Source: Diplonema japonicum (taxonomy: Eukaryota > Protista > Euglenozoa: Diplonemea). From it: a stretch of DNA of 64,000 nt. This document shows, piece after piece, positions 46,742-57,811 of this stretch (position 1 is its first letter; every line of letters starts with the position of its first letter). The stretch spans positions 384,383 to 448,382 of the forward strand of contig OZ025727.1 in the NCBI GenBank assembly GCA_964019335.1, written 5' to 3'. The position numbers were made by a program, and so were the translations under genes. Under the pieces are notes generated by a model that had not been told where the DNA came from, made no database searches, and saw only the letters and a list, made by a program, of their open reading frames with translations.

Positions 46742-47836
46742 ATGCGCGTAGCCTTGTTGCTACTGCTTGCAGGAGCGGCCAGCGGATGTGTGACTAACAT
46801 CGACTGCTGGATGAACGGTGTGTGCACCAACGGTGCATGCCACTGCAGCAAGGGATGGAAGGGCGAGAATTGCACTCAGCTCAACTTGCAGCCGGCACCT
46901 GTTGTCGGTGCCTACGGGTATGCGCCCAATGTCAGCAGCTGGGGTGGGCTCCCCACGAAGATAGACGGGAAGTGGCACTTGCACGCCGCAGAGATGACTA
47001 ATGGCTGCGGCCTTTCCAGCTGGGGTAAGAACAGCAGAGTGATCCATGCCGTAAGCGACAACATGACCGGCCCCTACTCTAGGCAGGACGTGACCTTGGG
47101 TGCGTGGGCTCACAACCCACAGCTTGCTGTTGACAACCACACCGGGACACCTACGTATCTGTTGTTCCACATCGGCACGGGGACTCACAGTGGCTCTCTC
47201 GAAAACTGTGGCGAGAACACACCCGAGCCCGTTGCACCCACAGTGACGTCGAACGTGCTCCACACGGCAAGCTCTCCTTACGGTCCTTGGGAGCCGTACA
47301 ATGGCCTCCCGGGCATCAACAACCCATCGCCATTCGTGTTCCCGAATGGGACCATTGTCATCACAGGAACAAGCTGGAACATCTACCGTGCCGACAGCTG
47401 GAAGGGGCCTTGGAAGAAGACACCCATTGTATGGTCCGGAGACGGTGGGCAAGGCGTTTGGGAGGACCCGTTCATCTTTTATGACCCTGTGATGAGTGTT
47501 TGGAAGATGATCGCACACGTGTGGCCCAGTTACGCACCCGACCAGCCTGCCTGCGACCACAACTACTCCTTGAGAGAAGCAGGCTTTGCCTACTCATTTG
47601 ACGGCATCCACTGGGTCAAGTCGTCGACCCCGCCCTTTGATAACAAGGTACAACACACGGACGGCAGCACGACAGCGCTTTCGACACGCGAGCGCCCTAA
47701 GGTGATCTTCGCTGCCGATGGGCACACGCCAATCGGTCTATCAAATGGAGTATCAGCAAACCCCGAGCCGTGGGGCTGTAAGGATAAGCCAGGTGTCGAT
47801 TGGACCTACACCCTTGTGGTGCCCATCGGAGAGTGA
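46742..47836 (+). CDS. Secreted protein with N-terminal EGF-like domain and GH43-like beta-propeller
   Basis: Signal peptide; CWMNGVCTNGACHCSKGWKGENC; SSWGG, AHNPQ, WEDPFIF, RERPK motifs. Confidence 0.7.
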   Translation: MRVALLLLLAGAASGCVTNIDCWMNGVCTNGACHCSKGWKGENCTQLNLQPAPVVGAYGYAPNVSSWGGLPTKIDGKWHLHAAEMTNGCGLSSWGKNSRVIHAVSDNMTGPYSRQDVTLGAWAHNPQLAVDNHTGTPTYLLFHIGTGTHSGSLENCGENTPEPVAPTVTSNVLHTASSPYGPWEPYNGLPGINNPSPFVFPNGTIVITGTSWNIYRADSWKGPWKKTPIVWSGDGGQGVWEDPFIFYDPVMSVWKMIAHVWPSYAPDQPACDHNYSLREAGFAYSFDGIHWVKSSTPPFDNKVQHTDGSTTALSTRERPKVIFAADGHTPIGLSNGVSANPEPWGCKDKPGVDWTYTLVVPIGE

Positions 47837-48239
47837 ACTCCGTAAGACGACCGTGTGTCTTGAGTGCTTTTGCTAACGTCTTTGTTCGTGTCATATTCGG
47901 AGTGTCGATCTTGTTTTAAGTGATTTTTACCAACGTCCTTATCCGTGTTCTCAACGTTTAGTTTTAAAAGGTGAAGTAAGTCCCGCGAAAGCCCGGAGAA
48001 TGTTTCTCTTCCCGTGCTCGGCTAGGAGACATGACCTGAAGTGCAGAAAGGCATCATCGCCTCAGTGTCGAATCAATGTATTTTAGCTAAACGTTTCTCC
48101 CCTCCCCCGCATCTTCCCTGCTATCACCAATCACACAGGAGAAGAGAAGAAATGTTAACGACATGCCGAGGACAAAGCATGTCCGTGCCGTCAAATTTGA
48201 AAGAAACGACAAAAGCTAAAAGCTGATAAACCCATCCCT

Positions 48240-48461
48240 GTTCTGCCAAGTTCCACCACGTTCCACCAGTTCTGCCAGTTCCACCATGTTCCGCCAGTTC
48301 CACCAGTTCCACCATGTTCCGCCATGTTCCACCATGTTCTGCCAGTTCCACCATGTTCCACCACGTTCCGCCAGTTCTGCCATGTTCCACCAGTTCCACC
48401 ATGTTCCGCCAGTTCTACCAGTTCCGCCAAGTTCCGCCGTTCCACCGTTCCACCAAGTTCC
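48240..48461 (+). repeat. Tandem 9/10-nt satellite (gttcYRcca[n])
   Basis: More than 20 visible units such as gttccacca, gttctgcca, gttccgcca. Confidence 0.92.
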
Positions 48462-48965
48462 GACTTTTCAGTTTGGTGGAAGGGAACGGAACGACCCACC
48501 CCTGCCCAGGACACTGGCTAGGGTTGAGCTGGACACCGCATGCATTAAGGACACAACGTGGAACGCAAACGCGGCTGAGATCATACCCAACACTGGTGTC
48601 TCGGCACCCATTCTGGGATGAAGTTATGAGGTTTCAGATGGATACAAATAGTGCATCTAACGCAGATTTTCAATATCTTTCCATTCCATCTTTTTTTTAT
48701 GAAAACCGATCCAAGGCTTTGGTCTAGATGACCACAGAACAATTACACCTATTAACTGCTTCTACAGAAGCAGTTGGGCGTTTAAGGGTTAAAGGACAGG
48801 GTTTTTTTTCAATATAGACACTTGTTGGTAGATGGTTTATTCATCACCTTTTTCTTGAAAGTATTCGTTTTACAGTGGGTTTTCTTCCATTGTCAACCAG
48901 CTACCGGTCGCTCCATTGACTTCTGCAGCCTTCAAGACAAGCACACAGGGAAAATACATTAGAAA

Positions 48966-49004
48966 AACCAACGATTCTAAAGCTACAGTTTCTGTACTTT
49001 ATTG
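48966..49004 (+). other. Complete 39-nt spliced leader (mini-exon) sequence
   Basis: AACCAACGATTCTAAAGCTACAGTTTCTGTACTTTATTG; the 3' CAGTTTCTGTACTTTATTG is the conserved kinetoplastid/diplonemid SL end and the AACCAACGATT start is diplonemid-like. Confidence 0.92.
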
Positions 49005-49146
49005 GTCGTCTGTGTTTTTGTTGGTGCCTGCTGCGTCCGCTCGGTGTCCGTTCGTCGTCGTCTGGGGGGGTTGTTTCGGCCCGGCCCGCCTGCCGTTTAG
49101 CAAAGGATCCCCTCCCCCCTCAACACAAAAAAAAAAAAAAATAAAA

Positions 49147-52100
49147 ATGGACCCTAGACGAAACGTCGTCGGAGACCGCCGCCCGCAGGAGGAACGCCTA
49201 CGAGAGACGCCGACCAAGCCGACCACCCGACCAGACCGAAATCTGGCCGGGCAGTATGACCCCTCCCCTCCCCTTAGATCCCCTCTAGATGTCGTCAAAA
49301 ATAATAAAAAACATAAAAACCAGGCAATCTGGTTGGGCACAGAGACCGCGGTTTTGACCGCCGCTGCTACAACCACGGCCGCCCCAGCCACCCTGAACGC
49401 CGCAGCCGACCCTGCCGCCCTAATCGCCGCAACTGAGACCGCCGCAGCCGCCCCTGCCGCAGCCACGACCGCCGCGACCACGACCCCTGCAGCCGACCCT
49501 GCTATTGTTGAAGAGGGAAGAAAAGAGGGAGAAAAAAAGGGGTGGGTACTGGTGTATGGTGAACACCCTCCCGGGTTGAGGACGGGCCCGGCCCCTGCCT
49601 TCCCGAAAGCCCTGCTTTCAGGAAAGTGGGAGGCCCTGTCTGGGAACTCAGGGAGGGAGACCCTCCAATACGGGTACCGGTGGGAGGGGACGAACGCCAA
49701 GGTGCGCCCCACCACGGGGATCCCAGGGGGGGCGGAGGGGTGGGTGAGGGAGGTGGCCGCCGCCGCAGGGCTCGAGGTGGTCCCCAACCAGGTACTTGTC
49801 AACAAGTACAAGTCTGGTTGTGGGATTGCCGCCCACAAGGACGACGCGAGGCTGGGACCGATTGTCCTAGTCCTCTCGTACGGAGCCGAGACCACAATGG
49901 TCATGAGGAGGGGGGACAGGGTGGCGAAATACCTGGTGCCCCCCTTCTCATGGGCATTGTTGGAAGGTGAAGCGAGACACCAGTGGACGCACCACATCCC
50001 GTCCGGGATGTCCACTGGTGTCAGGGTGTCGATCACCCTGCGTGCGGTAGGCCCCAAGCTCACCCGCACACCCCAGGAAGACCCATCCCCTGGGTTAACA
50101 GACGAACCCCCTTTTTTAGATCCCCTTTTTTGTGGGCAAGGGGGGGTGGCACTCCCAAGAGAGGATAGTGCCCCACCCGCCCCCCTTTTTTTTTTAGAAC
50201 CCTCTTCGGAGGAAAACAGACCCTCTTCGGAGGAAAATAGAGAGAAAGGGGAAGAGGTGGCACTCCCGAGAGAGGGTGGTGCTCCTCCCCCCCATTTGTC
50301 CCCCCCTTTTTCATTTTTAGAGCCCTCTCCAGAGGAACCCTCCACGGAGGTAAAAAACAGACCCTCTTCGGAGGAAAAAAAGGCAGAGGGAGAGACAGCA
50401 CGCCCGAGAGAAGGTAGTGCCCCTCCCTCTCTGCCCCCCATTTTTTCTGGACCCTCTACGGAGGTGTACACCCTGGTCCCCAAGGGCCGGGGGCTTTTTT
50501 TGAGGGTGGAAGGGAAAGAAAAAAAAAAAACAAACAAGGAGGAACCTTTTTTCTTTTCAAACAACCAGGGGGACCCAGCACCCACCCCCACCGCCCGCCT
50601 AGGTGTGGTTGGGGCGGAGGCTGCGAGCGACGTGAGAGCACCACTGCACACCCTTGTGAGAAGACAGAAAAGAGCCCCCTGGATTGCCATGGGTGGCAGG
50701 GAACCTAAGCCAGCGCCCAAGCGGAAGAAGAACAGGAGGAGGCACAGGAGCGAAACGGCCCTTCAGAGGCGTCGGGAGAAGAGGACCAAGGCGAGGGAGG
50801 GGGCGAGGGAGGCTGCCAGACAGGAGAAGAAAAGGCACCGTCGTGCGAGGAAAGAAGGGAGGAGGAGGGCCCGCAGAGAGGAACACGAGGCCGCCCTGGA
50901 ACAGAAGCCAGATGACCCTGCAATGGGGCTGAAGCGGACCGAGGTGGGAACGCCTGGAGCCCAACCCCTGGCACCCAGAATCCCGGCACCTGGGGCTGCA
51001 ACCGGCACAAGGAGGCACCGCAGACGGACGGGACACAGCAAGGAAGGGGTGAGATGGGAGCACCTGGGGGTGTGGGCCTGGGTCGCCCTGGTCTCCCTCT
51101 TGCTGATCCCAGGGGTGAGGCAGGTGCTGGGGGCGGGCATCGGGATGGCCCCCTCCTTCCTGCATGCGGCAGTGTTGTGGAAGAGGCCGGGGAGCGACAG
51201 GAGGACCACCCGCAGGTCAAGGGTACAGGTGGGGCCCCGAGGGGATGAATGGTCCGCCGGGGAGCTCGCTTGGCTAGCAGTAGGGGGCACTCTGGTGGGA
51301 AGCACTTCAGTTTGGATAGGGGGGCTGATGTCGCTCTGGGCCATGTCGGAAGTGATGGTGTGGAAAGCTGGTGCTGACCCGGCCCAGAGATTCGGACCGG
51401 TAAAGCTGAGGAAGACAAGACGCGGATCGAGAGGTCACTACCTGCCGGTGTACTTGGGCCCGCCTAGAAGCTCAAGACGCAGAAAAAAGAAGGAAGACGC
51501 CAAGCAAGCGGCGAAGGAACGAGCCGAGACGGAGGATAAGCTCTTTCAGGCCGAACACCTGGACCCCTTTGCGGACTTGACGCTGGCAGGGGACGCGTTG
51601 CAAGGAGGTGGTGACCCTCCCCCCATGGATTTGGATGATGAGCACATGGAGGCGCAGAAGGAGGGGGAAAAAGAAGGATCAGACAAACATCAATGCCGGA
51701 TGGAAGACTGCTCTTTCCGCACCAGTGTGGCAAGCTGTCTAGTTAAACACCTCAATGCGGTCCACCATCATTTTGTGAAACAAGAGCAGGCGAGGAGCAT
51801 GAAGGTGAACCTCTGTGGAACGTGTGCTGCGGCGTGCTCGTCGAACCAGACGCACTGTGCACTACACAGGCAGCGGAATCTGTGGAACCCCGACAAACAA
51901 CCCAGGGCCGGCAAGTCAGTGGACGAGATCATGAAGAGCTTCAAGCTGACGAGGAGATCGACGGAGAAGGACGGGAACTGCATGTTCCACGCCCTGGCCG
52001 GTTCGCTCGGGGAAGCCTACGGCGACCACACCCACATCAGGAGCGAGGTTGTAGAATGGATGAAACACCGGGAGGAGCACTATGCCCCGTTTTGCAGTGA

Positions 52101-55100
52101 GGGTTGGGACCGGTACTTGGAAGGGATGGGCACAGCAGCGACGTGGGGAGACCACTTGTGCCTGGCAGCCGCAGCACAAGCGTTTGGCCGCACGATACTC
52201 GTGGTTGCTGGGGGGAACAACCCAGTCCTGATGATAGGGGAGTACAACTCCGACCACGAGAAGGTGGTGGTGCTGGCGTACAACGGCAACCACTACGAGT
52301 ATGCAGTCGGAGAGGAGGAGTCGATGATGATGCTCCTTGATGAGTCCCAATCGGTAGCTCTACAAAAGGCAGGTAAGCAACCCTCCGAGGCCCCGGGTGA
52401 GGACATCGGGGAGTGGGACATAATAGACCGTGCGATCCCTGGATACGGGAAGGCAGGGGTGTTGGACCAGATGGGGGCAAGGAACCAGCAATTCCTGTAC
52501 TGTCCGGTGGCGAACTGCGCTAGGTCGAAGTGCAAAAGCACGACCCCGTTCAACTCGACAAGGGTATGGAAGTGTCACCTGGATGGGCACCTGGAGAGTG
52601 ATGAGATCCCGGAGAGCGTTCTGAGGAGACTGGACCTCGAGAGGTGCCTGGTGTGCAGGGGCTGTGTGTGGAAGGGTCAGGGGTGCCACGACGAGTGCAA
52701 AAAGGCGGTGCGAAGGGAAGGGGAATACACGACCCCCCCGCCGGCCCCGACGAGGACCGAGTTACCCAGCCTGGAAACCATAGCCGCCATGAACGTCACG
52801 ACCATGGGGTCGATCCCGACGAGCCTTCAAAGACTGTGGGGGCTTACCCTTAAGCACACTCTGGGCCGAGCGGTGAAGGACAACACAGAGGAGGCTTGGC
52901 TGCTGGTGGCGATGCTCCCCAAAGCCTGCCTGTGGAAGAAGAGGGGAGGGAAGAAGCGGGACAAGGAGACGGAGCTGAGTGTCCAGGCCAGATTGGAGGA
53001 GTGGGAGAAGGGAAATTACATGGCCCTCTGGAATAAGCTGGAATCAGGTGAGAAGGGGGAACCTAAGAACGACGAGGTCTCTAAGGTCGCCAGGGCCACG
53101 GAACTGTGCAGCAAAGGGAGGTTCTCGGCAGGAAACGCGGCGCTTGTAGCCCAGGGGCTGGCGGAAGACAATGAGGATTGCTGGAGAGCGCTGCAGAGCA
53201 AACATCCAGAGCCACTACACCCCCAATGGGACAACCCGGCGAAGACGAAGGAAGCGGTAGAAGTCTTGCCAGAAGAAGTGCTGGACGCAATCAGGGACTT
53301 CCCGAGGGGGACTGCTGCGGGACCGACTGGTCTGAGAGCCCAGCACATCAAGGACGCGGTGGACGGAGCTTTTGAGTCTCAAGGCTGTTTGATGTCGGTG
53401 ACGAGGGCAGTCAACGCATTAGCTAGAGGCACGGCCCCTAGGGAGGTGGCTCCGCTGATGGCAGGGGCGAACCTTGTGGCCCTCAAGAAGAACGACAGGG
53501 ACGTGCGGCCCATAGCCGTTGGGGATGTGCTGCGTCGGCTGGTGGGGAAATCCCTTGTGAAGAAGATCGCTCCGGAAGTGGCCTCTTCGTACCTGAAGAA
53601 AGGCGGCCAGGTGGGGGTATCGGTCCCTGCTGGAATGGAGGCGGCTATACACCATCAGGCAGTATGTGGACAGGGAACGGGGCAACAAGCAGGAAAACAA
53701 GGTGATCCTCAAGATCGACTACGCCAACGCCTTCAACAGTGTTTGTCGGAGGCAGCTGTGCTCACAGGCCTATGAGCAAGCGTCGGGGCTGTATGCGTGG
53801 GCCGATTGGTGCTACAGGGTGCCCTCCCAATTATACTACAACGGAAAGGTGATTAAGTCCCAGGAAGGGGTGCAACAGGGGGACCCGATGGGACCGCTGC
53901 TGTTCTCTCTGGCCATCCAACCCCTGGTGAACAAGATAAGTGAAGACTGCAACCTGGACATCCTCCAGTTCTACCTGGACGATGGCGTCCTTGTGGGGAA
54001 TGTGGATGAAGTGAGAAAGGCGTACAACATCTTGTGTGAGCTGAGCGGAATGATAGGGCTGAAAGTGAAACCCCAGAAGTGCGAGCTCATATGGGTTAGT
54101 GGCGACCTCCCCCAGACAGTGGAGGACACAGGCTTCGATGGCCTGACAGAAGAGAATTTCCACAAAGAGAGGAACTTCATGCTCCTGGGGGCGCCGATAG
54201 GATCGCCGGAGTACACGCAAGCCTTTCTGAACAAACGCTTGGACGCGCTGGAAGAGAACTTCGACATGCTGACCAAGGTGGGGAGGCAGACAGGGTACAC
54301 ACTTCTCCGGTATTGCAGCTCATACAGCAAACTGGTGTTTTACATGAGAGTGGTCCCAGACTCGCATGTGGGAGGGGTCATGCACAGGTTCGACGAGATG
54401 GTGCGGAAGACGATGTCGAAGGTGTGCGGCATGCAGTTCGAGAACGGGTCGAAAGAATGGCAGCAGGCGAAACTGTCCGTAAAAGTCGGTGGGCTTGGGA
54501 TGAGGAGCTGCCAGGAGCACCTGCGCGCGGCCAACATGGCTTCGAGGGCGTCGACGATGAAGCTGTGCAAGGAGCTGGATCCCAAATACGAACATGGGCT
54601 GGAAGGGGGTGTATGGGGGAGCTGGCTCGAGTGGTTCAACAGGACGAAGGGCGGCATGCAGATTACACCCGACATGGTGGCCAAGGCCCCCCACAGCAGC
54701 CAGAGGTGGCTCTCTAGGGTGCTTGATGAGAAGGCGCTGGAGGACCTCTTGGCGAAAGCAGATGCACGCTCGAGAGCGAGGTTGATGTCGGAGTCAATGC
54801 ACTATGCGGGAGCGTGGTTGACGGCGACGCCTGACTTCTACAACCAGCTGTCGGACAACGAGTTTGGGGCTCTGATCAAGTGGTGGTTGGGGGCTCCGGT
54901 CTACAAGCAGGGTGAGAGCTGCCACGACCCGAGGTGCAAGACTGAGGGGATGGACGTATGGGGTGACCATGCCCAGGGATGCGGCAACGCCAGGATTGCG
55001 AGGCACGACCGGGTGAAGGAGACCATCCACAGACACTGTCAGTGGGCCGGGGTGAGCGCAACGATGGAGAAGACGGGGCTGATCCCGGGGTCGTCCCAGC

Positions 55101-57556
55101 GCCCGGCGGACGTGTTCTTCCCAGGTGGGGTGGGGGGTTCCCGCCCAATGGCTATGGACGTGGTCATCGTGCACCCGAGGAACGAGTCTTGTGTCAACCA
55201 GGCGGCGAAGACTGCGGGATACGCAGCGGCGAAGGCGGAACACTACAAGCGCCAGAAGTATGAGGCGGAGCTCGCCAAGACACGCGTGGCCTTTGTACCT
55301 TTCGCGATGGAGACCTTTGGGGGGTTCGGGGAGGCAGCAGTCTACCTCACGAAGAAACTGTCCAGGAGCATAGCTGCGCGGGCTCACGGGGACAGAGTCT
55401 CGATACACAGGCGTGTGGTCCAAGAGGTGTCAACGGCCATGATGAGATCGATAGCAGGGGCGCTGTTAGTCAAAGGGCCTGTACAGTTGGATCCAGGGCC
55501 CCCGGTACCGGACGGCGAAGAGGAAAAAAAGGACAACGAGGAAGCGAACAACGAACCCAACACTGAATCCAACACTGACCTCACAGAGGACTCCTTCGGC
55601 AATGAAAAAACCACCGAAGCTGAGGAGTCGTCCGAGAGGGAAGTGAAGGGACAGGGAGGCGGACCCCCAATCACGGTGGCCCACCAGCTGGATGCCCTTC
55701 TGGAGCAGACGAAGAAGGACCTGGACGCCCGAATGCAGCAGCAGCGAAAGGCGGAACCGGTGGAGGGTGGAACACAAGGGAAAGCGGGAGCAGGACTCGA
55801 AGCAGCCTCGCCGGGAGGAGAAGACACGGAGATGGTCGGAACAGGATCCAGCGAGAGGGCTGGGCAGGGAGGGGAGCTTGACCCGAAGGCCCAGGAAGAT
55901 GGGAAGAGACAAGGGGCGACTGACGCTGCGGTGAACCAGACCTTGGACCAGTGTCCTAAGGGGGATACGGAGGCCCAGAGGGACTCGAACAAGGGGGACC
56001 AGAGTGCGACAACTGCTACGAGGAAGATGACCGTGAGCGAATTCTGTAGGGAACAAGCTGCGAAGAGACAGGGCGGTGGGAGGACTCTGAAGCCGCAGGC
56101 GGATGACGCCCCCGAAGGGACCAAAGAGGGCGGGAACGCACCGAGCGGAGGCAGCCAGTCGGGGCCTGACACACCTAGGGGTGGGATCCAGACGCCGGAG
56201 GGAGATCAGCTGATGGGAGTCGGGGCACCGGAAAGGGAACAGCAGGTGGAAGTAGGGGGAGACTTCGTTCAGCTTGACCCGATTGATGTGGTGATGGGCA
56301 TCCCAATTCCGAGAGCGATGGTGCCACTGAGGGCGAGGCCGGGGGACCGACTGCTCAAGTTCATCATCCAGTTCGAGGGCCGGGTGGAGATCATCCTTGA
56401 AGAAGGAACGGACCCTGGAAGGGAGAGGACTGAGGAGATGCTTCTTGCGAAGGCCGAGTCGCTGGGTGTTCCACTGGAGGTGGCTATGGCTGGCCAGATT
56501 GGTATCGCTGGACTTGGATACATGATGGTAAAGCAGTACTTCGCAAGCTTGGAAGGTGGGTCGGACGGAGAGCGCCGCAGCCGCATTGTGGGTTGTGAGG
56601 TGCAGAAGTCGGAAACATACCGCGAGTTCGAGTTCCCGAGGACGGTCCAGGATTTCCAGATCACGTACGCGTGTGGGTGTTCGGCGGTGCAACCTGTTCG
56701 TTTCAAGGGTGGCGTGCTCAAGGGGACTCTGGAAACGGCATGGAGGGTGGTCAAGTTGCAGACCCGGGGGTGCAGACACCACCCGACACCGGGGAAGGAA
56801 GGGGTAGTGGGCATTGCGGCGGGAGCCGGCGCTACCAAGGTGACACTACGTGAGTTCTTGGAGAGGTGCGACGCAAGGATAAGGGCCCCAGTGGGAAAGG
56901 TCAAGGACCTGATCAAAGTGAAGGCGTGGGTGAGGGATGGAAGGAAGGTCACCCTCGACGTCTACGAGGGGAGGGGGCCCTGCGAGAAGGAGACGAGGCG
57001 CACTGTCCAGGACCATCTGCGGAAGATGGGTGTTGAAGAGGTCGACCTGCAGTCAGCGGTGGTGACGGTCCCGGGGTTGTTCGAGGACGTCTCCTTTGAG
57101 AGGTACCTTGGGCTGTTGGCCCGGAAGAAGGAGGAAGACAGGGAGAGGCGGCCTGAGGTGGTTGCCACGGATCTCCCCACCCTGGAAGAGCTGAAGTGGA
57201 GCAAGAAGGACAAGAAGCGGGCCCGGGCCCGATCGGCCAGTACTGACTCGGATTGTGTGGAGGGTGGCTACATCTATCTGAAGGGTACGGGGGCGGATGG
57301 CACCGTGGTCGAAGCCAACATATGCAGGGGTGAGCTCAAGGGGATGACCGGGCCCCAGTTCAAGTTCTTGGCGGAGCACAGGTTGATGGAAGAGCTGGGG
57401 AGCGACGACCTGGTGCGGGACACGGTCAAGGTGCGCAACAAGGAGAACTGGGCCCCGGTGAACAGTGCGGTGGCTTGGCTGCAGCTCGAGTCGGGGAGGG
57501 CACGGGTGGGGCCCATACCCCACAAGAAGAGGTCCAAAGGCTCGCTGGCCAGATAG
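49147..57556 (+). CDS. Retroposon polyprotein (~2800 aa): AlkB, hydrophobic segments, C2H2 ZF, OTU, ZF, RT, RLE, unknown tail; frameshift near 53650
   Basis: ORFs 48916-53775 and 53666-57556 join within RT (GMEAAIH / TIRQYVDR..KIDYANAF); first ATG after the SL at 49147. Confidence 0.85.
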
Positions 57557-57811
57557 GCCAGCGGGGGTGTGGGGGGCTGTTCTCCCCCCCCCCGCCATAG
57601 GAAGATGTGAAACTTTTTTTTTTTTTTCTGAGAAAAAAAAAAAAGGGAAAAATAAAAGAATAGGGAACAGGTGCTACAACGGCCAGGCTAGATAGAACCA
57701 CTTAGATTTTTTTTTTTTTTCCTTTTTTTTTTTTTCTTTTTGTTTTTCCTTTTTTTTTTTTTTTTTCAGGGGCTGGATATTGGGTTGGAATTAACAAAAT
57801 CTCTATCAATC

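Larger units (their letters stand above)
48966..57660 (+). mobile_element. CRE/SLACS/CZAR-like RLE non-LTR retrotransposon with AlkB and OTU domains
   Basis: RT motifs RPIAVGDVLRRLVGK, IDYANAFNSV, GVQQGDPMGPLLF, YLDD, GGLG; CCHC + RHD + RPADV..MDV + K..KY + METFG endonuclease; A-rich tract after the 3' UTR; 3' boundary approximate. Confidence 0.9.

Noticed and set aside
48240-48461. CRISPR-like array
   Set aside because: Contiguous 9/10-nt units without unique spacers, no cas genes, eukaryotic context
48966-49100. Bona fide SL RNA gene
   Set aside because: Only the exon is recognisable; no clear Sm site or T-tract terminator at the expected distance and it runs into the retroposon 5' UTR; not fully excluded
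48999-50720. 573-aa minus-strand ORF and other long antisense ORFs (13725-14783, 55466-56782, 61401-62465)
   Set aside because: Shadows of GC-rich or repetitive plus-strand coding sequence with no recognisable motifs
48946-57662. TSD for the CRE element (gggaaaatacattagaa vs gggaaaaataaaagaa)
   Set aside because: Low-complexity imperfect match; not convincing
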